Shown here: positions 49,305 to 59,185 of the stretch, in pieces
Layout of the letters: each line of letters starts with the position of its first letter
Numbering within the stretch: position 1 is the stretch's first letter
Assembly (NCBI GenBank): GCA_050251055.1
Contig: JBFWNL010000004.1
Span: 96,001-160,000, forward strand
Length of the DNA: 64,000 nt
Direction: 5' to 3'
DNA from: Bacteriovoracia bacterium
GTDB lineage: Bacteria > Bdellovibrionota > UBA1018 > JBFWNL01
Translations under genes and position numbers: made by a program
Notes under the pieces: generated by a model
The model's input: the letters and a program-made list of their open reading frames with translations, nothing else
Told to the model about the DNA's origin: nothing
The model's database searches: none

Positions 49305-50498
49305 ATGATAATGATTCGCCACGCCTCCTGGATTACGGTACTCAGCCTATCCTTCGCGGGGACGGTGTTCTCCGGGGATCTCGGATTCCGGTACCAAGCC
49401 GGGAAATGCTTGAATGCCAAAGGCGAAGCCGGTCTGAACCCCAGTTTCCTTGGGCAATGCGCCGACCTTCGCGGGGTGGTCATCTCCCGGCTGAATCTCG
49501 ACGGGATCGACTTCAGTGGATCGAAGTTCACGAATACCGATCTCCAGCTCACGACGTTTCGCGGCGGGCGCCTGGTGGACGTCGACTTTGAAAGCGCCAA
49601 ACTTGCGGGTGCCGACTTCATCGACGCGCACCTGGAACGGGTCAGCTTTCAGCGCTCATCACTAAAAAACGCGAAGTTCAGTGGCGCGACGGTCTTGGAG
49701 TCGAGCTTCAAAGGCGTGGACTTAGGCTCCTTCGATCTCTCGCTTAGCAACTTCGCTCGCTGCAATTTCGATGAGGCCAACTTCAATGGAACGAAACTGA
49801 CCGAGGCGGTCTTGGAATCGAGCTCATTCAAAGGCGCAAACTTCAAAGACGCCCACCTTGCCAAGGCCGACCTACGCCGGGCCAACTTCGACGGCGCCAA
49901 TCTCCGAGGGTCTAACCTCGAGGGCGCCGAGGTGAAGGGAGCGACGTTCGCGGGCGCAAAATACAATCGCCGCACAAAATTGCCGTTCACCCAGGAAGAG
50001 GCGGCCAATCAGAAAATGACGTTCATCCGCGTGACCGAGTTTAGCGGGATTATGAACAACGTCCCGATCGAGGAATTAGACGACTGGGAGATTTGCCATG
50101 TCAGCAAGTTCGCCGAATCCCAGCCTTTGGAAAAAGTCCTCAAGGACTGCCAAGCGACCCATGTCATGCTGGCCTGCCGGGTTACCGGCGGAAACACGTT
50201 CATTGTTGCGGGGTACGGCGCCTACAACCAAGTCTTCAAGGAAATCGGAACCTCCCAAACTGGCACCTTGGATAACGACGTCCTGTTTTATTACAGCAAC
50301 ACCTACAGTATCGGGTTCGCCGCCAAGGGCGACACCCTCCAAAGAAACAGCTGCGACGTCGGAACCAACCAGCCGGAAAAAAGACTCTGCTTTCATACCC
50401 AAAATCAAAACTTAAGCGGCGGTTATCGCTGCGGAGCCACGGTCGGCCTGAATAGCAGCACGGCCTACGAACGGGTGTTCTTGAAAGCAAATCCCTAG
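49305..50498 (+). CDS. Secreted pentapeptide-repeat protein with Cys-rich C-terminal domain, paralog 2
   Basis: AAGGAG SD, ATG 49305; colinear homology with paralog 1 (DLGFRYQ.GKC..GLNP..C, GYRCG, YERVF.KAN). Confidence 0.85.
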   Translation: MIMIRHASWITVLSLSFAGTVFSGDLGFRYQAGKCLNAKGEAGLNPSFLGQCADLRGVVISRLNLDGIDFSGSKFTNTDLQLTTFRGGRLVDVDFESAKLAGADFIDAHLERVSFQRSSLKNAKFSGATVLESSFKGVDLGSFDLSLSNFARCNFDEANFNGTKLTEAVLESSSFKGANFKDAHLAKADLRRANFDGANLRGSNLEGAEVKGATFAGAKYNRRTKLPFTQEEAANQKMTFIRVTEFSGIMNNVPIEELDDWEICHVSKFAESQPLEKVLKDCQATHVMLACRVTGGNTFIVAGYGAYNQVFKEIGTSQTGTLDNDVLFYYSNTYSIGFAAKGDTLQRNSCDVGTNQPEKRLCFHTQNQNLSGGYRCGATVGLNSSTAYERVFLKANP

Positions 50499-50503
50499 CC
50501 GCC

Positions 50504-52084
50504 CTAGTCTTTTAGGTAGGGGGACTGGAAGTTACGGTACTGATCGGCGACCTGTTGGGCGTAATCTTTCACTTTGCCCGCCAGGCGCGTGAGCTTCCAA
50601 TGCGCCAGGCGCATCTCAAGCTCCGTCTGGCGTAGATCGCCTTCGGCGTAGGTGGCGTCGTCGCCCGCCTGAATCACCGACAACAACGGAACCTTGCCGA
50701 TCTTGAAGCGATCTTCGTCGAGCTGCACGCGTAGTAACTGGTTATCGAAAGCCTGCTGGAGCTTCCGGGTCGAATCCACCAAACGCCGGGTGTCGTCGCA
50801 CTGATTGATCCAGCGCACGCGCATGTCGCGTTTTGCCGAGGCGGCGATCGACTCGACACGCTCGCGGTTAACGATCGCGTTCCGTACTTCCGCTTCGGCG
50901 GCGTAGTTCATGATCGGAAAATTCAATCCCACCGAAGCGGTCCACGCCAGGTGCTGGGTGGTGAAGCCTTCGGAAAACGACGATCCCAAGGTATTGCTGA
51001 TCCCGTTGGGAGATACGGCGAGCAGGAGTTGCGCCTCCGGCGCCGCGAGGCTCTTCGCGCGATCCAGCGTCAGCTCGGCGGCCTTGGCTTGAAGATCGAG
51101 CTTGCGGGTGGCGGAGTCGAGCGCGAACTCATAGCCCTCTTTTTGGAGCAGCTGGCAGAGCTCGAGCTGCTTAGGGCCAAACTCGTCCACCACGAGCGGA
51201 ATTTCACTGGCGTCGAGATTCACCCAAGCCGACGGCAGCTTGAGGGATACCACGAGCGAGCGCCAAACTTGGGCGAGCCCCTGGTTGGCCCGTTCGGCCA
51301 TGACCTCGGTCGCGAGTACCGCGCTTTTGACCTGCAGCACGTCGGGCCGCTCCGCCGTTCCCCGCCGTGCTTTGCTCTCGGTGATCGAGGCCAAGCGTTG
51401 ACGACGCTTCAAGCTGTCTTGCGCAGTCTTGATACGCGATTGCAACATCCAGGCGTTGTAATAGATGTCCACGATGCCGAGCACCCACTCCTCAAGCGAC
51501 TCGTCGAAGGCGGCTTGGCTGGCCTCGCGACCGAATTCGCCGGCCTCGAGCCCCCGTCGCGTGCCCGATCCAAATCCGTCTTTCCATAAATTCTGGACCA
51601 GCGTGAAAGAGGGTTTCGTTTCGTAGCCCGCGGCCGTGAAGGCCGTGCCCGGGCCACCCAGGCCGGGAAACGTCATATCGGAGTAACCCGTCGCCAAATC
51701 GAAGGACAACATCGTGCCCGTGCGAAAGTAAGTGGAAGCGCCCAGCTTGAGCTGCGTGCCCGAAGAGCGGTTCGGCATGAAGCTACTCAGCGCTTCGTTT
51801 TCATTAATCTGTCGGCCCAAGCTGAGCGACAAGCGCGTATCGAGCGGGATTTTCGCGGAAAGCAGCGGGACCTCGACGCCGGCGCCTTGCGCGATCACGG
51901 CCTTGAAGCTGTCGGAGGACGACATCGCGCGCGCGAGCACGAAATCAAGCGTCACTTTCTTTCCCGGCAGCGAATCCAACAAGCCTTGTGCGTCAGGCGG
52001 AAGCGGCGCCGCCAGCGCCGACCCGAGGCCAAGGCCAAACCACGCTAATCCCATCCTTGTGACTACGCGAAGTGGTGTGCTCAT
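50504..52084 (-). CDS. TolC-family outer-membrane efflux protein
   Basis: Signal peptide, two OEP-like repeats (QNLWKDGFG, YYNAW, D.LQ; RFKIGKV..L.VIQA.DD). Confidence 0.75.
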   Translation of the reverse strand: MSTPLRVVTRMGLAWFGLGLGSALAAPLPPDAQGLLDSLPGKKVTLDFVLARAMSSSDSFKAVIAQGAGVEVPLLSAKIPLDTRLSLSLGRQINENEALSSFMPNRSSGTQLKLGASTYFRTGTMLSFDLATGYSDMTFPGLGGPGTAFTAAGYETKPSFTLVQNLWKDGFGSGTRRGLEAGEFGREASQAAFDESLEEWVLGIVDIYYNAWMLQSRIKTAQDSLKRRQRLASITESKARRGTAERPDVLQVKSAVLATEVMAERANQGLAQVWRSLVVSLKLPSAWVNLDASEIPLVVDEFGPKQLELCQLLQKEGYEFALDSATRKLDLQAKAAELTLDRAKSLAAPEAQLLLAVSPNGISNTLGSSFSEGFTTQHLAWTASVGLNFPIMNYAAEAEVRNAIVNRERVESIAASAKRDMRVRWINQCDDTRRLVDSTRKLQQAFDNQLLRVQLDEDRFKIGKVPLLSVIQAGDDATYAEGDLRQTELEMRLAHWKLTRLAGKVKDYAQQVADQYRNFQSPYLKD

Positions 52085-52197
52085 AATTTTGCACCCTTAG
52101 CGTAACGAACTCATCGAACGGCGTCGAGCGAATCTGTCTGGTAACCAGAAAGTTCGCGCCAAAGTTTTGACGGCCGTAGAATGTGCTCGGATCTCTT

Positions 52198-54744
52198 CTA
52201 TTCTACGGCGCCGACCCGCACGGATCCGGCCGGGCGAGGGTTTCCGTAATAGTCGCGAAAAACACCCGGCAAGGGAGCGGCCAGGTCTTGGCCGGAAAAC
52301 AGGGGCCGCCACTGCGAATCGAAATCTTGCGTCAGGTTAAACGTGCGGTGCCGTTCGTCCGCCGTCTGCGCGTACGCGTCCCACTGTGCGATCGTGCGAT
52401 ACGCCCCGGGATTACCCCAGGCGGGCGCCACGTAATGGATCCCGTAGTTCACGACCGCCGGAATGCTCCATAAGTTGGATTGAAACCGAATGCCCGCGAG
52501 CTCGCTTCCGACTTCGGCGAAAACCAACGCGCTCTTGTAGTCACCCGTCACCATCGCGGGTTTGGCGCAGAGATTGTTGGCGATAATGAGGTTGTCCGCC
52601 CCTTGCGGATTCGACTTCAGGTAAACGCAATTCGAATACTGCGCGCTGGGGTCCACGATCGTGTTGTGCACCATCTTGAATCCGTTTAGGGTCGGATCCG
52701 GAAACGTGACGTCGTATCCAATGATATAGGCCTTGCCCCGATGGATGATGTTATTACGCAAAACGATGTTGTCGCCGGGGTGGATCTTGACCTCGGCGTT
52801 CATCAGCAGGTTGCCTTCGAAAACCACGTTATGGGCGCTGCGCGGTCCCCCGTCGTCCACATAACCGATCCAGGCTCCATCGTGACCATCGCCGCGCAAG
52901 ATGTTTTTGGCGACGTAGGAATAGTTGCTCGTGGCGATGGAAATGGCGTTGTTTCCGGGATTTCCGAGGTCGTTGCCGATGACGTACACGTAGTCGGCAT
53001 AATAGCGAACGCCATGTTGATTCAGCGAGTCCTGCAGGGTGTTTCCAAAGATGGAGTAATGGGATCCATTTCCCCAGAAGAGGTATCCCCCCAACACTCC
53101 CAGCGTGTTTCCTTGTACAAGGATGCCGCGGGCCGTGGATAGCGGCGCTTCAATAAAATAATCGCCGCCGCCGGATTGCCCCGAGTTGTTGCGGATGGTG
53201 ACACCGTTAGCATTCGTCACGCGGATCGATTGATTTATGGTGCCGCTTGGATAAAAATTCATCTCCTCCAACATCAAACTCGTTCCGTCCGCGGTGACCT
53301 GACCGGTGATGCGCGGACGGGCGCCCGTTCCGTAGGCGGAAGCCCGCGCGTTCGTGGATCCATTCATAGTGAAGCCGCCGAACGTATCGCCCCGACGAAA
53401 GAATACTTCCGTGTTTGAGGGCACGGAGCTGATCGTGGCCCGGGGATCGCTGGGGCTGGCGCCCGAATTGGCGTTGCTTCCGTTATTGGCGACGTAAATT
53501 CGGGCGCGGGTGTTGGCGGACACGTTCACGGTCGCCGTGCGTTGCACCCAACCACCGGCTTCGTTAGTGATGCGAACCGAAACCGTGTAGGTGCCGGGGG
53601 CCTCGTAAACATGCGCGCCGCCGTAGGAGGAGATGCGATTAAAAGCGCCCGTCGGGTCGCCAAAGTCCCAGTCATACTGGGCAGTGGTGATATTCCCGGC
53701 GTTCAAGTTGCAGTTATGGATGGCGTTCACGTGCACCGTGAAGGGAGCCATACCCGAAAGCCCCCCGACCGCGGCGGCAATGGCGCAACCGGTGGGCGAG
53801 GGGCCTCCCCCGCCGGGCGGAGACTGCACCGTCCCGGCGATCGCGAAATGGAACGGATTTTCGTCCGCATCATTATTGGCAATGCTGATCTGGCCACTGT
53901 AACCGCCGGGCGCGCCCGTATTCATCTGAACGGTGAAGGTGTCATTAGATCCCGGCGCCAAGCTCGCCGTTAAGCCTTCGATCATAGAAAAACCGGCCGG
54001 CACGCTCACGCTTCCCAATGTCAACGGCGCATTGCCGTCATTCCGTACGCGAATTACCACGCTGGGCGCGGGCGCGCCCAGGTTGACGACGCCGAAATCG
54101 ATCGGAGTGACCTGACCGTTGGGAATACTCACGCCGCTACCCGCAATGGCGACCGTGATTTCGGGAGCGGAGGGTGGCCCTCCGGGCGCAATGAACTGGG
54201 CGGCCGGCGCGCTGATCACCCCTAGGGTTTGGTGACTTGGGCTACGAACAATCGCCTGCATGATTCCGCTTCCGGGTGTGACTCCGTTCAAAGCCGTGGC
54301 CGGATAGACAAAAGGCGGAGCGGAGTCGGTATGCACGGCTTGGATCGCCTGGGCCGCGTCCGACCAGGTTTGGAAAATCACGTAGGCCCCCGCCGGCGCG
54401 GGAGGGGTATTCATGCCAAAACTCAGGGCCACGCCCGATTGCAGAACGTATTGCGCGGGAGGATTGATGAACTGACCCAACGCGCAGCTCTCTCCCCAAT
54501 GCAGGATCACCGCCATGAGATCGTCGACGTCTACCCAGCCGTCTCCGTTCACGTCGGCTGGGTGTCCCTTGGCGCCCATGTTCAATAACACCAAGGTAAG
54601 ATCACTCACATCCACGACGCCGCTTTGGTCGATGTCGACCGGTCCGAGCTGGCAAGTGGCGCGGCCCTCATGGGCCGAAGACGCAAGTGGATTGCCCGCC
54701 GTCAGCACGAATAAACCTAAACCGAATATTTTCCGTATTTGCAT
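52198..54744 (-). CDS. Secreted multidomain protein: dockerin-like repeats, Ig-like (choice-of-anchor D/ASH-like), PKD, right-handed beta-helix
   Basis: GGAGG SD before ATG 54744; DIDQSGVVDVSDL/DVNGDGWVDVDDL, NDGNAPLTL..NNDADENPF, YDWDFGD, Asn/Gly-rich parallel beta repeats. Confidence 0.8.
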   Translation of the reverse strand: MQIRKIFGLGLFVLTAGNPLASSAHEGRATCQLGPVDIDQSGVVDVSDLTLVLLNMGAKGHPADVNGDGWVDVDDLMAVILHWGESCALGQFINPPAQYVLQSGVALSFGMNTPPAPAGAYVIFQTWSDAAQAIQAVHTDSAPPFVYPATALNGVTPGSGIMQAIVRSPSHQTLGVISAPAAQFIAPGGPPSAPEITVAIAGSGVSIPNGQVTPIDFGVVNLGAPAPSVVIRVRNDGNAPLTLGSVSVPAGFSMIEGLTASLAPGSNDTFTVQMNTGAPGGYSGQISIANNDADENPFHFAIAGTVQSPPGGGGPSPTGCAIAAAVGGLSGMAPFTVHVNAIHNCNLNAGNITTAQYDWDFGDPTGAFNRISSYGGAHVYEAPGTYTVSVRITNEAGGWVQRTATVNVSANTRARIYVANNGSNANSGASPSDPRATISSVPSNTEVFFRRGDTFGGFTMNGSTNARASAYGTGARPRITGQVTADGTSLMLEEMNFYPSGTINQSIRVTNANGVTIRNNSGQSGGGDYFIEAPLSTARGILVQGNTLGVLGGYLFWGNGSHYSIFGNTLQDSLNQHGVRYYADYVYVIGNDLGNPGNNAISIATSNYSYVAKNILRGDGHDGAWIGYVDDGGPRSAHNVVFEGNLLMNAEVKIHPGDNIVLRNNIIHRGKAYIIGYDVTFPDPTLNGFKMVHNTIVDPSAQYSNCVYLKSNPQGADNLIIANNLCAKPAMVTGDYKSALVFAEVGSELAGIRFQSNLWSIPAVVNYGIHYVAPAWGNPGAYRTIAQWDAYAQTADERHRTFNLTQDFDSQWRPLFSGQDLAAPLPGVFRDYYGNPRPAGSVRVGAVE

Positions 54745-54813
54745 CCAAGCCTCCCTCGCGGTGACTTGGTAGCTAAGACTCGCCCTAAAAACCGAAACCC
54801 CAAAGCGTACGAT

Positions 54814-54829
54814 TGCAACTCGCGCGCCG
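54814..54829 (-). promoter_or_regulatory. Sigma54-type -24/-12 promoter
   Basis: Minus strand CGGCGCGCGAGTTGCA = GG-N10-GC with TTGCA, about 70 nt upstream of ATG 54744. Confidence 0.5.
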
Positions 54830-54939
54830 TCGAGCCCGAGAGAATAAATCCGTAATTTTAGGGGGGTCACTTTCGACACGCGACTCAATTCCTGCCTAAG
54901 AATTATTCGATGTCGGAAGATTAGGCAAAACCACGACCG

Positions 54940-56601
54940 CTATTTGAACAGAACCCGAATCATCAGAAGACCGCCAATAATTAGGTAAGCGGCGGAAATC
55001 ACCGGCATGCCGATGAGCTGGAAGGGCGTCGCAAACTGGAGCGCGACACTGCTGGCAATGAAGAGGCCCGCCACCACGATGCTGAGGCTGGTACGCTTCC
55101 CATTGGCTTCCATCTGCTCGCGGATTTCGTCGAGCTGCGGGGACTTGATCTCCAATGCGAAGTCGTTGCGGTTGAACTTCTTGAACATCCACCGAATCTG
55201 CCTCGGCAGCACCTGCAAGAGCGCGCCTACATCCTTGGCGATCCACATCGCCTCTTTCGACAACCGCTGGGTAGAAAACTGATTCTTCACCAGATCTTTG
55301 ATCAAATCATGGCCTTCGGCGATGAAATCAAAATGCGGATCGAGCGACCGGCCCATTCCTTCCATGGTCAAGATGCCCTTGAACACGATCATCCAGTCGG
55401 AAGGGACCTTGATATTGTACTTAGCGGCCACCTTCGTTGCCTCGATCAGCACGCGTCCGGAATTCACCTCGGAGATATTGAGCCCTAAGTAAGGCGCGAT
55501 CGTCGCGCGCACGTCGCGCTCGAAGGCATCGAAGTCGGTGGAGGGATCGGCCGCGCCCAGCTCGGCGTAGGTGATGCACAAGTTTTCGTAATCTTCGGTC
55601 AGGATCGCCATCACCATATTGGCCAGCTTGTCCCTGGACTTTTGCGAAAGCCGACCCACGATGCCGAAGTCGATGATGCCGATCTGATTATTCGGCATCG
55701 CGAACAGGTTACCGCCGTGCAGATCGCCGTGAAAAAGGCCGTCGATCATGATCGATTTGAAGAACGCGCGCGAGCCCGTGCGGACCAGGAACTTTTTATC
55801 GACCCCTTGGCGGTCCAGTTCCTTGAGGTTGTTGACGGGTATGCCCTCGATCTTCTGGAGCGTGAGCACGCGCTCGGTGCTGAGATCGCGGTAAACCCTG
55901 GGAATCACGATCTCCGGAAACGTCTTCATGTTCTCGGTGATCTTTAGGATGTTATTGGCTTCAATTTGGAAATCGGTTTCATTCGAAAGCGTGCGGAAAA
56001 ATTCGTCGACGATGGTGACGGGGCTTATCAGCCTGGTTTCCGGGATATAACGCTCGAGCAGCTTCGCCATGAATGCTAGGAGCGAGATGTCGGTGTCGAT
56101 GATCTGCTGCAGCTCTGGTCGCTGCACCTTGATGACGACCTTGGTGCCGTCCTTTAGCTCGGCCTCGTGAACCTGCGCGATACTCGCCGAAGCTAAGGGC
56201 TCCGCCTGGATAAATCGGAACTCGGTTTCGGTTCGGGCGCCGAGCTCGCGCTCCAGCACGCTCTTAATGACGGCGTAGGGAAGGGGATTCACGTCGTCTT
56301 GGAGTTTGGTGAACTCTTCAATAAATGGTTCGGGAATGAGGTCGGGCCGGGTAGAAAGCACCTGGCCCAGCTTCACGAACGTCGGGCCTAACTGCTCGAA
56401 GGCTTTGCGCAAACGCATCGGCGTATTTTGCTGAAGGTCCTCGTCTTGGGGTACGAAGCGCGTCGGGAGGTAACGTCCCAGGTCCATGCGCTGAACGATG
56501 TCCGAGAAACCGTGGCGCGCGAAGACGGCCACGATGTGGCGAAAACGTTGGACGTTCTTAACCGCCTGTCCCAGCTGGCGGCCCGTGCGAATCCACTTCA
56601 T
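54940..56601 (-). CDS. ABC1/AarF/UbiB-family kinase
   Basis: LGPTFVKLGQVLSTRPDL, ASASIAQVH, IKVQRP, FHGDLHGGN, DFGIVG, C-terminal TMs. Confidence 0.92.
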   Translation of the reverse strand: MKWIRTGRQLGQAVKNVQRFRHIVAVFARHGFSDIVQRMDLGRYLPTRFVPQDEDLQQNTPMRLRKAFEQLGPTFVKLGQVLSTRPDLIPEPFIEEFTKLQDDVNPLPYAVIKSVLERELGARTETEFRFIQAEPLASASIAQVHEAELKDGTKVVIKVQRPELQQIIDTDISLLAFMAKLLERYIPETRLISPVTIVDEFFRTLSNETDFQIEANNILKITENMKTFPEIVIPRVYRDLSTERVLTLQKIEGIPVNNLKELDRQGVDKKFLVRTGSRAFFKSIMIDGLFHGDLHGGNLFAMPNNQIGIIDFGIVGRLSQKSRDKLANMVMAILTEDYENLCITYAELGAADPSTDFDAFERDVRATIAPYLGLNISEVNSGRVLIEATKVAAKYNIKVPSDWMIVFKGILTMEGMGRSLDPHFDFIAEGHDLIKDLVKNQFSTQRLSKEAMWIAKDVGALLQVLPRQIRWMFKKFNRNDFALEIKSPQLDEIREQMEANGKRTSLSIVVAGLFIASSVALQFATPFQLIGMPVISAAYLIIGGLLMIRVLFK

Positions 56602-56633
56602 TAGTTTAATGATCGATGCGGGGGCTTAAAGCG

Positions 56634-59006
56634 TCAACGCGGCTTTTTTTGCCGGGCAGGAGTCGCCGATGGCGCTTCTTCTAGTTTTTCCAGGAGTTCG
56701 AACTCGATCCGGCGCATCTCCAACGACGCGTTCACGACCTGCACCCGCAAGCGATCGCCCACGCGGAACATGCGCTTCTTCCGGCGGCCATAGAGGAAAA
56801 GATGCTCCTCGTTAAAGAGGTAGTCGTCATCCGTCAAAGTTTCGATGGGGATAAACCCTTCCACGTAAGGCGCCGCGAGCTGGACGAAGATCCCCTTTTT
56901 ATGGGTCCCGTTGATCATGCCTTCGAACTCGTTACCCAGCTCCTTCATCATCAAGCGCACCTGCTTGAGCTTACGCGATTCCATCTCGGTCTCGCCGGAA
57001 AGACGTTCGCGATAGCTGCAATGCTCGGCAAGTTTTGCCACTGACTCGTTGGTCTCCCGGGTTTTTCCGTGGGCAAGAATTTCCTTAACGATCCGGTGCG
57101 CGATGAGATCGGGATAGCGGCGAATGGGGCTCGTGAAGTGGGTATAGCCTTCGGAAGCCAGCCCGAAGTGAATCGCCAGATCCGCGCTATAAACCGCCTG
57201 CTTGAGCGAGCGGAGCAGCATCGTGCTGAGCAACGTCTTGGCGGGATGGTCCGCGAAGGACTGTAAAAGCCGGGAAACCGCCAGCGAATCGATGTTTTCG
57301 AGCTCCGGCAGTTCCACCCCCAATCCGTTGGCCAAGCGAACGAAGGCTTCGAGCTTCACGGGATTGGGCTCCTCATGAACGCGGAAGATAAACTGCTGAT
57401 GACGACTCAACGTCCAATCGGCGATGGCTTCGTTAGCGGAGATCATGAACTCTTCGATGAGGCGGTGTGCGTCTACGCGCGCGACCACATCGATGGAGGT
57501 GGGTTCGCCATTGGGAGCGCAGACGACTTCGGATTCCGGGAACTCGAAATCGATCGACCCTCGTTTCTGCCGCATGCGTCGCAAAACTTTATAAAGGTCG
57601 AAATAGTTTTTGTATTCCCAGCCCGTCGATTCACCGAGCTTTTCGTACTCGGCCTGGATCTCGGTGTAAGTGGCCCGCCGGCGCGAACGGATCAGGCCAT
57701 TGTAGACCTCAGTGCGCGTCCGCTTGCCCTGGACGTTGATCGTGGACTTGATCACCATTCCGTAACGAAGCTCGTTGGGTCGCAAGCTACAAAGACCTTC
57801 GGAAAGTTCGTGGGGAAGCATGTGAAATGCGCGCTCTGGAAAATAAACACTGGTGGCGCGCATCAACGCCTCCTCGTCGATCTTTCCCCCTTTGCGCACA
57901 TAATGAGCGACATCGGCGATCGCCACCCAAAGAATGAAACTCTCTCCCGCCCGTTCGACGTGCACTGCATCGTCGAAATCCCGGGCCCGCTCGCCGTCGA
58001 TCGTGATGAAGGGCACGTGCGTGAAATCCTCGCGGCCAGGATCTCCCACGCGCGGTGGCTCCGCAACCAAGCGCTGGGCTTCTTGGTGAGCGGCTTCGGA
58101 ATGATGTTCGATCCAGCCAAACTCACCGGCGATCATTTGGATATCCGCGGAGGCAGGCAACGTCGGTCCGTACACTTCCACGAGGGAGGCGGACGCCTTG
58201 CCGTTTTCAGAAGTTTTCAGCTTCGCGCGCACCCAATCGCCGTGCTTGGGTTTACTTAAGCCTTCGGCCTGCTCCACGACTGGAATCAGCTCGCTTAAGT
58301 TTTTATTTTGATAAAGGATGCCCAAGCTTTGCCCGGACCAGCTGATCTGGGCGCGGCCGACGATTTCCTTGATTCGCCGGTCGATGACCTTGAGCTGGCG
58401 AATGTTCCCACGCGCGTCCGACTGCACCTCGACCCGGTCGCCGTGAAAGAGATTTTCGGTCTGGTCGGGCGGGATGAAGAGGTCTTCGTGCTTGATGGTA
58501 TCGAAGACGACGAAGCCGAAGCCCTTATTGGATTTCTGGAAAGATCCCCGCCCATGAACGGGCTTTCCGTCCCCGGAGGGCCGAGGGCCGCGCGAATCGC
58601 GCGGGCCGGAACCCCGAGACTCCGATCGGCCTCCCGGCCGCGGGCGATACTTGTTCAGGAACTCTTCGCGAAATTGAGCGCGATCACGATGCCCCCCCAC
58701 GGGGCGCGTTCCCCGATCGCCCGCCGGCTCGGGAGCGTTCGCGGATTCGGGCTTGCGGGAAGGACGCCAGGGGCCCCGAGCGTCACGTGACTCGGAAGGC
58801 GCGTCGGAATCCTTCCGGGAAGAGTCCCGGGCCTGCCCGCGAGGCTGGCCGGGAGAATATCCCGGCGAGTAAAAGGATGACCGCCGCCGTTCCGAATTGT
58901 CGCGAGTTTTTGCGGCTTTAAGGCGGCTCGATTCCCTTTGGGATCGACCCCTGGCCTTCTTTTCGCCTGCCTTACTACCGCGAGATTTCTTCCCCTTACC
59001 GCTCAC
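56634..59006 (-). CDS. rnr: Ribonuclease R (RNB family) with long basic N-terminal extension
   Basis: GFGFV cold-shock domain, TIDG..ARDFDDA, LIEEFMI, YTHFTSPIRRYPDL, C-terminal S1. Confidence 0.92.
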   Translation of the reverse strand: MSGKGKKSRGSKAGEKKARGRSQRESSRLKAAKTRDNSERRRSSFYSPGYSPGQPRGQARDSSRKDSDAPSESRDARGPWRPSRKPESANAPEPAGDRGTRPVGGHRDRAQFREEFLNKYRPRPGGRSESRGSGPRDSRGPRPSGDGKPVHGRGSFQKSNKGFGFVVFDTIKHEDLFIPPDQTENLFHGDRVEVQSDARGNIRQLKVIDRRIKEIVGRAQISWSGQSLGILYQNKNLSELIPVVEQAEGLSKPKHGDWVRAKLKTSENGKASASLVEVYGPTLPASADIQMIAGEFGWIEHHSEAAHQEAQRLVAEPPRVGDPGREDFTHVPFITIDGERARDFDDAVHVERAGESFILWVAIADVAHYVRKGGKIDEEALMRATSVYFPERAFHMLPHELSEGLCSLRPNELRYGMVIKSTINVQGKRTRTEVYNGLIRSRRRATYTEIQAEYEKLGESTGWEYKNYFDLYKVLRRMRQKRGSIDFEFPESEVVCAPNGEPTSIDVVARVDAHRLIEEFMISANEAIADWTLSRHQQFIFRVHEEPNPVKLEAFVRLANGLGVELPELENIDSLAVSRLLQSFADHPAKTLLSTMLLRSLKQAVYSADLAIHFGLASEGYTHFTSPIRRYPDLIAHRIVKEILAHGKTRETNESVAKLAEHCSYRERLSGETEMESRKLKQVRLMMKELGNEFEGMINGTHKKGIFVQLAAPYVEGFIPIETLTDDDYLFNEEHLFLYGRRKKRMFRVGDRLRVQVVNASLEMRRIEFELLEKLEEAPSATPARQKKPR

Positions 59007-59100
59007 GCCCCGAGCTTATCCCAGGGATAACCCCTCGAAAATAAAAATATTTTTATTTCGAAAAAATCTATGTTACAGATTTTCCCTCGATTCAAAACCT

Positions 59101-59185
59101 GCTCAAGTGGTGGAATTGGTAGACACGCACGATTCAGGGTCGTGTGCCGAAAGGCGTGAAGGTTCGAGTCCTTTCTTGAGCACCA
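59101..59185 (+). tRNA. tRNA-Leu(CAG)
   Basis: Acceptor GCTCAAG/CTTGAGC + ACCA, D-arm GGAATTGGTAGAC, anticodon stem CACGA-TTCAGGG-TCGTG, long variable arm, GTTCGAGTC T-loop. Confidence 0.97.
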
